64,000 nucleotides of DNA from Alphaproteobacteria bacterium (GCA_964291215.2 OZ219790.1:2336001-2400000), one strand, 5' to 3'; counted from the first letter of the stretch, positions 20,771 to 30,770 are shown. Notes: a model not told the origin generated them from the letters alone. A program made the numbers and translations.

Positions 20771-21307
20771 TCATGAAAAACGCAGAACCTGGATGCCGAG
20801 ACTGTTCTGCAGCGCATCGATGACGCCGGTGATGTGCCAGCCGCCGATGCCGCCGACGATGTGCGCGCAGGCACCGCCGGCGCTGGCGCCCGGGCGGTGG
20901 TCGGCAGCCGCGCGCAGGACGAACACGCCCCTGAGAAAGGCGCACAACCCGACCAGCCTCACGATCGTGAAGACGGCGGCGAGCAGCGCGTCATGACCTG
21001 CCGCGCCGCCGCCGTAGGCGAGACCGGCGGACGCCGACGGACGCGGCACGCCAAACAGGCTGTTGCCGGCGGCATCGAGCCATGACGGGAATGTGGCCAT
21101 GATCGCGGTGATGACGAAGCTCAGCACCGCCCCCCAGCCGCCCGGCGCCCCGCTTCCGCCGTTCGACATCCGGAGAAGCCTGAACAGGCCCTGGAGGAAC
21201 GCCGCAAGCGCCAGGACGTAGCAGACGATGGCGATCACGGCCGCAAACCCGGGCGCGATGTCGCGGACCAGGGAAATCATCGCCTGCCCGGCGTCATTTC
21301 CCGCCAT
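20771..21307 (-). CDS. icmC: IcmC/DotE (TraQ-like) membrane protein
   Basis: Four TMs, YVL..F..GL, IVRLVGL.AFLRG, HIVGG motif; adjacent to icmD. Confidence 0.75.
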   Translation of the reverse strand: MAGNDAGQAMISLVRDIAPGFAAVIAIVCYVLALAAFLQGLFRLLRMSNGGSGAPGGWGAVLSFVITAIMATFPSWLDAAGNSLFGVPRPSASAGLAYGGGAAGHDALLAAVFTIVRLVGLCAFLRGVFVLRAAADHRPGASAGGACAHIVGGIGGWHITGVIDALQNSLGIQVLRFS

Positions 21308-22445
21308 CGCGGGCCTCTTCACGGGACATCCGGCCCGTCATCGGGGCCGGCGGACCGGCCAGGATCACGATCACCTCGCTGTCGCGCGGAATGCGTATCG
21401 TGGGCCCCTTGGGCGCGGTCTCGAAAAGAACCTCGCCGAGCGCACCGAGCGCGGTCGCGGCCCCCTCGCGGGCAGCGGCGCGGGCGGTGGCGGCGCGCCT
21501 CTCGTAAATCACGCCGTCGTCGCCGAGGTGCACCATCCGCGCCGGCCGGCCGGCGGCGGCGAGAAAACCCTCGGCAAAGCGGACGGCCGCCGGAAGCAGC
21601 ACACGCGACAGGAAATGCGGCTCGACCTCGCCGGCGATGCCGTAGCAGGCGCAGTCCGGCCCGACGCCCCAGGCGTCGATCGCGTAGCGCCGCCCGCGGT
21701 AGCGCATTTCGCGGAGACGAAGCGCGAGACGGTCGCGGACGATCGAAAACTCTCCCGTGACGACAGCGCCGACAAGCGGCGGCTCCAGTATCTCGACAAA
21801 GACCGGGCCGGACACGCTGGATTCCACCGCATACATCGTGCGCGCATAGAAGCCCCTGCCGGCGCCAAGGCCGGCAACGACATCGGGCCGGCGGCCGCCA
21901 GCGGCGGTTTCGGGTACGGCGTCAACCGCGCTCCCCCCGCCCGCAGCCGCCGGGTAGCGTACGTGAACGATTTCCGGAACCCGGCTCCACGATTCGAGAA
22001 GCACGCCAAGGAGTTCCGAGAGCCGGTCGCCGCCGGAGTGCGGGGCAAGGCCATCGACATGCTCGTATGAAGGCTCCGGCACCCGAAGGCGGACCGGCGG
22101 CGCGGGTGACGGGAGCACAGGCCTGGTCGCAGGCCTGGCCGGTGCGGGCGGCGCAGTGCGGGGCTGCGTCCCGGAGGCGGGCGGCGCGAGCGGCGCGCGG
22201 CCGTCTCCCTGCAGAACGGGAACATAGGAGTCGCCCCTGTCGCGCGCGCCGCTCAGCCTCTCGAAATCCCGCGCGTCAAGCGTTTCGCGGTATGCGGGTG
22301 GCACCGGATCGTCGGGATTGAGCTTCACGCCACGATTGTCCGGCACCTGCGCATGTCCGGCCAGCGTCGCGAACTGGGCGAAGGCCAGCGCGCAACCGGC
22401 CGCCAGCGGCAGGCTCCGCCGCGCGGGACGCACGTTATCTGGCAT
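21294..22445 (-). CDS. dotG: DotG/IcmE/TraO VirB10-like core protein (short form)
   Basis: Pro-rich linker then VirB10-like domain FYART..AVES..GPV..G.F..AIDAW..A.EVE.H..PAA..PTIRI. Confidence 0.8.
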   Translation of the reverse strand: MPDNVRPARRSLPLAAGCALAFAQFATLAGHAQVPDNRGVKLNPDDPVPPAYRETLDARDFERLSGARDRGDSYVPVLQGDGRAPLAPPASGTQPRTAPPAPARPATRPVLPSPAPPVRLRVPEPSYEHVDGLAPHSGGDRLSELLGVLLESWSRVPEIVHVRYPAAAGGGSAVDAVPETAAGGRRPDVVAGLGAGRGFYARTMYAVESSVSGPVFVEILEPPLVGAVVTGEFSIVRDRLALRLREMRYRGRRYAIDAWGVGPDCACYGIAGEVEPHFLSRVLLPAAVRFAEGFLAAAGRPARMVHLGDDGVIYERRAATARAAAREGAATALGALGEVLFETAPKGPTIRIPRDSEVIVILAGPPAPMTGRMSREEARDGGK

Positions 22446-23409
22446 CGCCGGCCCCGTTGCTTCCGCCGGCCCTGCGAAACGCCAGCCGCGTCTCCCGCCC
22501 GTCCAGGGTTGCGAGCGCAAAGGGCGTGTCGGGAAGGCGGTAGACCCAACGGTGGCCGGAACGTTCCGCCGCCCAGGGGCCGGGCGAGAGCACGACGAGC
22601 GGCGTGATCAGGAGGAGTTCATCCCCCAACCGCCAGGCGCGGTCGCTGCCGCTGCCGCCGGTGATCGTCAGGCTTTCCGCCCCCGGGGGAACGGTTCCCG
22701 AGAGCAGTCCGGCAAGATGCGGATCGCCGGCCCGACGTATTTCCGGACGGGTCAGAGCCGCCGGATCGGCGTTCGGTCCGGCTCGCTCAAGGCGGATGTC
22801 GACACGAAAATCCGCGTTTTCGCCGTCATCGCCGAGCGTCATGACGAGCGGATTCTCCAACCCCGCGAGCTTGACCACGGCATTGCCGTGCAGCCATGGC
22901 TGGCGGGGCGCCACATAGAGGAGGTGGCTGCCGCGGACGGTGTCAGCACTGTCGTCGGCGGGCAGAAAGCGGCGGTCGAGCAGAACCTCCTCTATCGGCC
23001 ACGGCGCCCCGGTGATGTCGGTGAAGGAAATCGCCGTCGTGTAGCCGCGCCGAACCGATATGGCGGGAATGTCCGGCGCGGCCCCGGAAGCGGCCCGTAT
23101 GCGGCGCATGCGGCCGGCCGGTGGAACGCTGTCGCCGCGCGCGGTTGCCCGGCGCGTCTGGTCGACAAGGCGCGCGATCATCTCGAGCTGCGCCTGGGTG
23201 AACGGCATCGCGGCACGCGCCCGGCGCGCCACGTCACGTTCGGAAGCCGCGTCTTGCGGCCAGACATCGGGATCCGCGGAACCGGCGGCGCGGGGCGAAG
23301 GTGACGCAGCCTGTTCCGCCGCCGTCTGCGACATGACGGGCAGGGCCGACATCGTCGACACGACCATGGCAGCGAGCAGGGGAACGACTGGCCGGAGCGG
23401 ATGGATCAC
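22435..23409 (-). CDS. dotH: DotH/IcmK/TraN outer-membrane core protein
   Basis: MPFT..Q, GYTTAISFTDITGAPWPI, GNAVVKLAGL.NP, GPNA, AWRLG..VLSP; GTG start overlapping the dotI stop. Confidence 0.88.
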   Translation of the reverse strand: MIHPLRPVVPLLAAMVVSTMSALPVMSQTAAEQAASPSPRAAGSADPDVWPQDAASERDVARRARAAMPFTQAQLEMIARLVDQTRRATARGDSVPPAGRMRRIRAASGAAPDIPAISVRRGYTTAISFTDITGAPWPIEEVLLDRRFLPADDSADTVRGSHLLYVAPRQPWLHGNAVVKLAGLENPLVMTLGDDGENADFRVDIRLERAGPNADPAALTRPEIRRAGDPHLAGLLSGTVPPGAESLTITGGSGSDRAWRLGDELLLITPLVVLSPGPWAAERSGHRWVYRLPDTPFALATLDGRETRLAFRRAGGSNGAGDAR

Positions 23410-24050
23410 CGGCGCTTTCCCTCCCTGGTCGCGATCAGTTGCGCGATTCCGATGCCCGCAGGACGTTCGGACAGCGGGACGCGGACAACGAGCGCCTGGG
23501 CGATCAGGCTCCGGCTGACCGTGCGGGCGCCGGCGGCGAAGGTCACCAGCATCGGAAACTCGACCGCCCATCCGAGCCGGCCCTCGAACCGGCGCATGTC
23601 GGTGACCACCGGCGCGCCACGGGCAACGGCTGACGCGACCTGGTGATTGTCGCGAAGGCGCTCGAGAAACAGGCTGTCCCGGAGACCGCCGAGGAACGAT
23701 TCGTATCCGGCGTCGGTGAACCTGTCGCGCAGGTTCGACAGCCTGAGGCGCCAGTCGTGATGGCCGAGGGTGAACGCCTCGGTAACGGTCGATACGGTCC
23801 AGTTCCTGAGAGCCGCGTCGCTCATGACCGGCTCGTCCAGCGGCGTCAGCGGAATCAATCGGCCGTCGCCAGTCGCGGCGACCGTGACGTAGACCGTGGA
23901 ATGAAGGTGGATGTAGGCGGCGAGCGCCGCCGCCGTCAGCGTGTTGCACGCCAGCAGCCAGGCTGCCGCCCGCCGCCAGCCGTGATGCTGGTCGCGGTGG
24001 AACGCGAACCGGTCGACGGCCCGCCGAACCGCGAGCGACGCGGCGCTCAC
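23406..24050 (-). CDS. dotI: DotI/IcmL/TraM VirB8-like protein
   Basis: Single TM, AAT.DGRLIPL.PLDEP.MSD..L.NW, FTDAGY.SF, APVV, W.VEFP, GIGIAQLI. Confidence 0.9.
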   Translation of the reverse strand: MSAASLAVRRAVDRFAFHRDQHHGWRRAAAWLLACNTLTAAALAAYIHLHSTVYVTVAATGDGRLIPLTPLDEPVMSDAALRNWTVSTVTEAFTLGHHDWRLRLSNLRDRFTDAGYESFLGGLRDSLFLERLRDNHQVASAVARGAPVVTDMRRFEGRLGWAVEFPMLVTFAAGARTVSRSLIAQALVVRVPLSERPAGIGIAQLIATREGKRR

Positions 24051-24117
24051 GAACCGGTCGCCCCGGAGACGCGGGCGTCATGTGCTGCAGCGTGAGAGTA
24101 TGCGGACATGATTCTTA

Positions 24118-24132
24118 GAACATAAAGTGAAC
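24118..24132 (-). promoter_or_regulatory. Alphaproteobacterial LexA (SOS) box upstream of the dot/icm operon
   Basis: GAAC-ATAAAGT-GAAC (GTTC-N7-GTTC on the coding strand), 68 bp upstream of the dotI start in an AT-rich patch. Confidence 0.65.
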
Positions 24133-24402
24133 ATCTGCGTCCGGACAGGTACCGTCTGACGCGGATTTCCTGCAGCTGACGGTTTGCGGGCGGCCGGGAT
24201 CGCCAACCCTTCCGGCGCCGGGAGGAACGCCCCCCTCGAAGCCCTCGGGGGCGCCGGTTTCAGCTACCGGCGCAGGGAGTTATGCGCGGAAGTCGCATCC
24301 AGAACCGCCGGAGACGGCGCCCTTCCGGGATATCGTCATGCCGGCAGGGCCCCACCGGATACGGGTAACGGCGCGACATGCGACGGCGCTGCCGGGACCG
24401 GT

Positions 24403-26223
24403 TCACCGGACCGGCGGCGGAGCGGCTCTCACGCGGTTGCGTTCCTTCCACCGCTCGCGCCATGCCGCCTCAAGCGTCTCGAGGTCGAGGTCCGCGAACT
24501 CAAGCAGGAACTTGTGGACCCCGCGGCGCCTGCCCCTGCCCGGGTGCAGATTGATCAGGAACGGGCTGTAGGCAACGATCACGGCCGCCTGGTTTCTGGA
24601 AAAACCGCAATCCAGCAACGCGCCGTAGAGAACGTTGCTGGCAATTTCCTCGCCGTTGGCCGCGATGGTCTTGAGAACCGCTATATCCATACGGTCCAGG
24701 GCGTCGAAATCGGGACCGGGGTTTTTCGATATGAGATCGCCGTCTATAGAAAACAGGCCCGAGCGCGTAGCGACGCCTTCGAGCACCGGGATCGGTATTG
24801 CCTCCCTGACCGACTTGTGCTTCGACATCGCCTGGACGATATTGGCCTTGGAAATGCGCAGCGAAACCGTAAACAGCTTGCACAGGCAGGACAGGATCGG
24901 GTTGCCCGTCTTGCGGAAACTCGCAACCGGCAGGCGGGGCCGGTTCCAGACATAGCGTCCGGCGTCATCAAGAAACTCGAGACGGGGATCAAGGTCGACG
25001 ATGAGCCTGACGAGATCCTCGTCGCAGCCGAGCGCCGCGCACGCCGCAGCCGTCTCGATATAGGCCCAACCACGCACGAGATCGCGAAGCCCCCTGTGGA
25101 CATCGCGGACGGCAAGGTTGTCGCCGGCGGCAACCACGTCGCGGTTGCCGAAGGAGAGAAGGCTGAAGGGAAATTCCAGCGCGAACAGCTCGGATGCCAG
25201 CTGCAGAGCGCGATACCCCCTCCGCGGGCCGAAGGCGGCCTCGGCGCCGTCATACCCGAACAGGGCCAGGAACGCCTCTTCCGCAAGCACGCGCGACCCC
25301 TTCGCGGCCTCGACCGCCGGCTGCCAGCGGGTGAAGCACACCCTGGATCGCTTGCGGACGAGCTTTTCCCTGGCCGAGAAGACGATCTGCTCGACCCGCG
25401 CCCTGGTTACGGATCCCCCGAAACCGTACTGCTGTCCGTTGACACCGATCTGTCGCAACGTGACGGGGCTTCCGCCGTCCAGCTGGTGGTAAGCGACCAC
25501 GGTCATGTACCTGTTGGGCCACTTGCGGAGGATCCGGGCCGTTATCAGAAGCAGTTCGTCCCGAAAGGACTCGGCTTTCCCGGCGCGTATCTCCGGACCC
25601 CAGGCCGGCGCAACGATGCCGGCCTGCCGGCCTGCCCAGTCCGGCGACCATCCCTCGGCCTTGACGCCAAGCCGCAGGCCGAAGGCCTCGAGCATCCGCC
25701 TGACTTCCCCCAGCGAACTGTCGCCGAACTTCGGAATCCGCCGCAACTCCACCTCGTTCCTCTGCACGAGATCACCGATGAACCTGATGCCGGCATAGAG
25801 AAGGCAATTGGTCGATCGGACCGAGAGATCCAGATCCTTGATCTTCACGGAATAGAGCCGAAGAAGCCCGTTCGAGTCCTTCGGATCCGCGGAGCCAGGA
25901 GCCGGGGGCGCGTCTCCGGCGCCATGGCCGGCGGCAACAAGGGCTTCGAGTCGGCGGTCTTCGGCATCCTCGGCGGACCAGCCGCCGATCTTCATTTCCA
26001 GGCTCAGCTCCATGCCGGCGAGCTTTCTCCTGACCTCTTCAAGCGATCTCCGGCCGAAATCCTCGCCAAGCAGCATGTCCTCTTCGGCCTTCTGCACCAG
26101 ATCGCCGATGTGGACGATATCGTTGCGCCGCATGTAATCGGCGGATCGGGACGAGAGGCCGAGGCCCTGAACCCCGAACAGCAGCCACCGATCAAGCTCT
26201 CGCGCCCTTGCGTCATCAGCCAT
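24403..26223 (-). CDS. Protein with two RNA polymerase alpha-CTD-like domains, a sigma70 region-4-like HTH and an unknown C-terminus
   Basis: LSSRSADYM..IGDLVQK..FGRRSLEEV and LSVRSTNCL..IGDLVQ..PKFGDSSLGEV repeats; TLRQIG..VTRARVEQI..AREKL. Confidence 0.8.
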   Translation of the reverse strand: MADDARARELDRWLLFGVQGLGLSSRSADYMRRNDIVHIGDLVQKAEEDMLLGEDFGRRSLEEVRRKLAGMELSLEMKIGGWSAEDAEDRRLEALVAAGHGAGDAPPAPGSADPKDSNGLLRLYSVKIKDLDLSVRSTNCLLYAGIRFIGDLVQRNEVELRRIPKFGDSSLGEVRRMLEAFGLRLGVKAEGWSPDWAGRQAGIVAPAWGPEIRAGKAESFRDELLLITARILRKWPNRYMTVVAYHQLDGGSPVTLRQIGVNGQQYGFGGSVTRARVEQIVFSAREKLVRKRSRVCFTRWQPAVEAAKGSRVLAEEAFLALFGYDGAEAAFGPRRGYRALQLASELFALEFPFSLLSFGNRDVVAAGDNLAVRDVHRGLRDLVRGWAYIETAAACAALGCDEDLVRLIVDLDPRLEFLDDAGRYVWNRPRLPVASFRKTGNPILSCLCKLFTVSLRISKANIVQAMSKHKSVREAIPIPVLEGVATRSGLFSIDGDLISKNPGPDFDALDRMDIAVLKTIAANGEEIASNVLYGALLDCGFSRNQAAVIVAYSPFLINLHPGRGRRRGVHKFLLEFADLDLETLEAAWRERWKERNRVRAAPPPVR

Positions 26224-26678
26224 GACTGCTCTCGCGCCTTGCATCCGGCCCGGCCGGCATGCCGATAGCGACATGACGCAACCGGGGCGCCGCTAGCCGG
26301 CCAAAGACGGCAGTCCGGTTTCCGCTCATGTGAAACCGCGATTCCTTCGGGAAGGAGCGGCGCGGCCCCAGCCTGCCAGCAGGCAGGCAACATCTGCATC
26401 TTGACGCAACCGGTTCCCGGTCATCCAGTGCCTCGTCGCAAAATCCACAGTCTTGACCACAGGATATCGACGGGTTTTTCCACAAAACCGCCCGCCTCCG
26501 GCGCTTGTGTGGTCGTGGGCCGATGAACATCCCGGGCGGCCCGGCAGCGTTCGGCGTTTCGGCCGGCAGCAGCCCCGGAAAGCCGAAGGGTTCGTGCGCC
26601 GGAGTACGGCGCAGCTGCCGGGCGCGGATTTCTGTTACAGTCCGGGGTGAGACCGCAACCGGCAGCGAGGGCGCAGGC

Positions 26679-27629
26679 ATGGACCGTTCGGGCCGCATCG
26701 ACGTTCATCATCACGTACTTCCCGATTTCTACATCGCGGCCCAGCGCGCGGCCGGAATCACCGGCTCGGCGTATCGGGGATTTCCGGAATGGACGGCGGA
26801 GAAGAGCCTCGCGCTGATGGAAACCCGCGGGATCGACACCGCGGTCCTTTCCTTTACCTCGCCGGGGATATGGTTCGGCGACATCGCCGAGACCAGGGAC
26901 CTGGCGCGAAAATGCAACGACTTTCTCAGCGACCTCGCACACCGGCATCCCGGAAGGTTTGGCGGGTTCGGTTTCCTCCCCCTGCCGGACATTGATGCGG
27001 CGATCGTCGAAACCGCCCGGGTTCACGACGACCTCGGACTCGACGGGATCACGCTGCTGACCAGCGTCGACGACCGCTATGTCGGCCATCCGGATTTCGA
27101 GCCGCTCTATGCCGAACTGGACCGCAGGAACGCCATCGTGTTCATCCACCCCTGCTATCCGCCGGGCACCGAAGCACATGGCTGGGACATTCCGCGCATG
27201 CTCATCGACTATCCGTTCGAGACGACCAGGGTCGCGGTGAACCTGATCCTGAAGGGGGTCGTCCGGCGCTGGCCGAACATACGCTTCATCCTCTCGCACA
27301 GCGGCGGCACGCTGCCGTTCCTCGCCCACCGGATAGCGGTGTTCGACAACATGACATCATTCAGCGACAACTATCCGGAAGGTGCCATGGCCTGCATTCG
27401 CCGCTTCTGGTTCGATACGGCGCTGTCGGGCGACGCGCTGCCGCTTGCGGCGCTGCACGCAGCCGCCGATCCGTCGCGCATCCTGTTCGGCAGCGACTAC
27501 CCGTACATCTCGGAAGACAAGGTGGCGGCGGAAACCGCCGGTCTCGACCGCTGGGACGGGATGACGGCCGAACGGCGCCTCGCGATCGACCGTGCAAATG
27601 CCGCGGCGCTGATGCCCCGCCATCGCTGA
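26679..27629 (+). CDS. Amidohydrolase_2 family protein (ACMSD/aromatic decarboxylase-like)
   Basis: IDVHHH, FIHP, SHSGGTLPF, ILFGSDYP. Confidence 0.88.
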   Translation: MDRSGRIDVHHHVLPDFYIAAQRAAGITGSAYRGFPEWTAEKSLALMETRGIDTAVLSFTSPGIWFGDIAETRDLARKCNDFLSDLAHRHPGRFGGFGFLPLPDIDAAIVETARVHDDLGLDGITLLTSVDDRYVGHPDFEPLYAELDRRNAIVFIHPCYPPGTEAHGWDIPRMLIDYPFETTRVAVNLILKGVVRRWPNIRFILSHSGGTLPFLAHRIAVFDNMTSFSDNYPEGAMACIRRFWFDTALSGDALPLAALHAAADPSRILFGSDYPYISEDKVAAETAGLDRWDGMTAERRLAIDRANAAALMPRHR

Positions 27630-27660
27630 GGTGCGGGGCGCCTCCGACCCCCTTCTGCCG

Positions 27661-29187
27661 TTATTCTGCGGCCCCGGCCTCCTCCCGCGGAACCAGCATG
27701 TCGTACCACGGCTTGTTCTCGCGGGTCCGTGCGTCGTCGACGTGAAGCGCCTTCACCTCGGTGTACTCGTTCAGGCCCTCCTCGCCGAACTCGCGGCCGA
27801 TGCCGGACTGCTTGTAACCGCCGAACGGCATGCGCTCGGACAGCAGGTGCCAGTCATTGATCCAGACGGTTCCCGTCCGCAGCCTGCCTGCGACCGTCCT
27901 CGCGCGGTCGATGTCCTCGGACCAGACGCCGCCACCGAGCCCGAAGATCGAATCATTGGCGATCGCGACCGCCTCGTCCTCGCTGCTGTACTTCATGACG
28001 CAGAGAACGGGCCCGAAAATCTCCTCCCGGGCGATCGTCATGTCGTTGGTAACGCCGGTGAACACGGTCGGCTTCACGAACGCGCCCTTGGCGAGATCGC
28101 CATCCGTAGCCTGCTCGCCGCCGCAGGCGAGGGTCGCTCCTTCGGCCTTGCCCTTTTCGATATAGTCGAGAACGGTCCGCATGTGGTTTTGCGACACCAC
28201 CGGCCCGACCTTGGTCGCGGGATCGAGCGGATCCCCCATTGGCAAACCTTCGAGCCGGGCCACCAGCCTGGCGACGAAGTCGTCATGCTGGTCGGCCGGG
28301 AGCAGCAGCCGTGTTCCCGATTCACAGACCTGTCCCTGATGGTAGAAGGAGGCGAAGATCGAGCCGTCGACGGCAATGTCCCAGTTGGCATCGTGGAGAA
28401 CGATGTTGGCCGACTTGCCGCCACATTCGAGCGTCACCTTCTTCAGGGTGCCCGAGGCCTTGGCCATGATCTCGCGGCCGACCTCGGTCGATCCCGTGAA
28501 GGCGACCTTGTCGACATCCGGGCTGGTGGTCATGACCTCGCCGATGAGGCCGCCTGGCCCGGTGATGATGTTGACGACCCCCTCCGGAAACCCGCATTGG
28601 TCGACAATGCGCGCGAGCTCCATGGCCGACAGCGGCGTATCGGTGGCCGGCTTGAGGACGATCGTATTTCCGGTGGCGAGCGCCGGGCCGAGTTTCCACA
28701 CCGCCATCATCAGCGGGAAGTTCCACGGAATGATCGACGCGCACACACCGATCGGTTCCCGAATCGTGTAGTTGTAAGAGCGGCCGGGCCGCGACATGCC
28801 CTCGATCTCGCGGGGTTCGGCGTTGTACTTCTTCGCCATCTCGCCGAAATACCCCATCTGACGCTGGGCGAGATAGGCATCGGCGCCGGTCTTGGCGATG
28901 GTGCCGCCGGAATCGACGGACTCGATCCGCGCCAGATCCTTCTGGCGCTCCTTCATCTTGGCCGACAGCGCGGCAATGATCTCGCAGCGCTCCTCGCCCG
29001 ACATGTGCGGCCACGGACCCTCGTCGAAGGCCTTGCGCGCAGCGGCGATCGCAGCGAGCGCGTCGCCTTCACCAGCCACCGGAATCATGGCGACAGGCTC
29101 GCCGTTGAAGGGGTTGACGGTCGGCTTCGCTGCACCATCCGCGGCGTCGACAAACTCGCCGCCGATATAGAGCTGATAGGTATCCAT
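27661..29187 (-). CDS. Aldehyde dehydrogenase
   Basis: IPWNFP, FTGSTEVG, TLECGGKS, GQVC, EEIFGP, PFGGYKQSG. Confidence 0.95.
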   Translation of the reverse strand: MDTYQLYIGGEFVDAADGAAKPTVNPFNGEPVAMIPVAGEGDALAAIAAARKAFDEGPWPHMSGEERCEIIAALSAKMKERQKDLARIESVDSGGTIAKTGADAYLAQRQMGYFGEMAKKYNAEPREIEGMSRPGRSYNYTIREPIGVCASIIPWNFPLMMAVWKLGPALATGNTIVLKPATDTPLSAMELARIVDQCGFPEGVVNIITGPGGLIGEVMTTSPDVDKVAFTGSTEVGREIMAKASGTLKKVTLECGGKSANIVLHDANWDIAVDGSIFASFYHQGQVCESGTRLLLPADQHDDFVARLVARLEGLPMGDPLDPATKVGPVVSQNHMRTVLDYIEKGKAEGATLACGGEQATDGDLAKGAFVKPTVFTGVTNDMTIAREEIFGPVLCVMKYSSEDEAVAIANDSIFGLGGGVWSEDIDRARTVAGRLRTGTVWINDWHLLSERMPFGGYKQSGIGREFGEEGLNEYTEVKALHVDDARTRENKPWYDMLVPREEAGAAE

Positions 29188-29390
29188 GAACTGTTCCCGT
29201 GGGTTGTCGACGGCGCATGCCCCGCGCAGCCGTGGCTGGAGTACCGGCAACCTATCGCAACAGCCGGCGGCCGTCCAGCAGAAGGGCGCCCCGCGCGGGT
29301 CCGGACGCCGCTCCCGAAGAGCCGTGCGGGCGGTGCCCGGCCAGCCGCAACGGATCTGCCCTCGCGGGCACCGCGCCCCTGCAGGACTGC

Positions 29391-30770
29391 TCAGCGAAAC
29401 CGCCTTTCGATGCACTCGAACACGGCGCGCAGGCCCTGCGCGTCGCCGCCGACAGGGCGCCCGGGCCGCCCGGACTGGTTCCACGCCATGAGATCGAGAT
29501 GGGCCCAGGGCGTGCCGGGATCGACGAACTCCTCGAGATAGAGGGCGGCCGTGATCGCGCCGGCGAAACCGCCCTCGGAGACGTTCGAGATATCGGCCAC
29601 CCTGCTGTCGAGAAGCCGCCGGTAGGGTTTCCACAGCGGCAGCCGCCACAGCGGATCCTCGACCTCCCCGCCCGCCTCCAGGAGGGCTTCGGCAAGCGTG
29701 TCGTCATTGCAGAACAGCGCCGGCAGCTCCGCGCCGAGTGCGATCCGCGCGGCGCCGGTCAGGGTCGCGAAATCGACGATCAGATCGGGCTTTTCGCGGT
29801 CCGCCTCCGAGAGAGCATCGCACAGGATGAGGCGGCCCTCGGCGTCGGTGTTCCCGACTTCGACGGTGATGCCCTTGCGCGTGCGGATCACGTCGAGCGG
29901 GCGAACGGCATTGCCGGCGATGCTGTTCTCGACCGCCGGCACGAGCAGGCGCAGGCGGACGGGCACCTCGAGAGCCATGATCAGGTGAGCCAGCCCGAGC
30001 GCGTGGGCTCCGCCGGCCATGTCCTTCTTCATGCGCACCATGCCGGCCGCCGGCTTGATGTCGAGGCCGCCGGTGTCGAAGCAGACTCCCTTCCCGATCA
30101 CGGTGACCCTGGGATCGCCCGCACGCCCCCAGCGCAGATCGATAAGGCGCGGAGGATCGTCGCTGGCCCGCCCGACGGCGTGAACGGTCGGGTAGTTGTC
30201 GCGGAGAAGCGCGGCGCCGGCCGTGATCCGGACCCGAGCGCCGAACCGGCGGCCCAGTCGGCGCGCGGCGGCGGCGAGTTCGGACGGTCCCATGTCCTCC
30301 GCGGGGGTGTTGATCAGGTCGCGGACCAGCGAGACGGCAGTCACGACGGCGTCGGTGCGGTTCCGGTCGGCGCCGGCCGGCCAGACCAGAGTCGGCAGCT
30401 TCCCCTTTCCGGCGCTCCTGTAGCGCTCGAACCGGTAGCCGCCGAGGGCCCAGCCTGTCGCCGCCGCGGTGGCCGCCGCCGCATCCATGCGAGCATCAAT
30501 GCGGTAGCTGCCGGCAGGCAGGCAGCCCGGCAACCCGGCATAGCTCCACAGGCCGTCATGACGCTCCACGCCTGCAAGCACCCGCGCGAGCCGCCCGTCG
30601 GGGCCGGCGACGAGGCTGATCTTGCCCGGCGCGGCCTCGAACCCCGCCGTGTTCACCCATTGCCGGACCGCGTCCGGCTCGCCGGCCAGCCAGGCCTCGA
30701 ATACCGCAGTCTCAACCGGCGTGATGGGGACGGTACGGGCAGTAGCCCTCGCAGTCAGGGACGCGGTCAC
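29391..30770 (-). CDS. Leucyl aminopeptidase (M17 family)
   Basis: GKGVCFDTGG, MKKDM, NTDAEGRL, ATLTGA. Confidence 0.95.
   Translation of the reverse strand: MTASLTARATARTVPITPVETAVFEAWLAGEPDAVRQWVNTAGFEAAPGKISLVAGPDGRLARVLAGVERHDGLWSYAGLPGCLPAGSYRIDARMDAAAATAAATGWALGGYRFERYRSAGKGKLPTLVWPAGADRNRTDAVVTAVSLVRDLINTPAEDMGPSELAAAARRLGRRFGARVRITAGAALLRDNYPTVHAVGRASDDPPRLIDLRWGRAGDPRVTVIGKGVCFDTGGLDIKPAAGMVRMKKDMAGGAHALGLAHLIMALEVPVRLRLLVPAVENSIAGNAVRPLDVIRTRKGITVEVGNTDAEGRLILCDALSEADREKPDLIVDFATLTGAARIALGAELPALFCNDDTLAEALLEAGGEVEDPLWRLPLWKPYRRLLDSRVADISNVSEGGFAGAITAALYLEEFVDPGTPWAHLDLMAWNQSGRPGRPVGGDAQGLRAVFECIERRFR

Noticed and set aside
24403-26223. Second rpoA or a sigma factor
   Set aside because: No alpha N-terminal dimerisation domain and no sigma region 2 recognisable.
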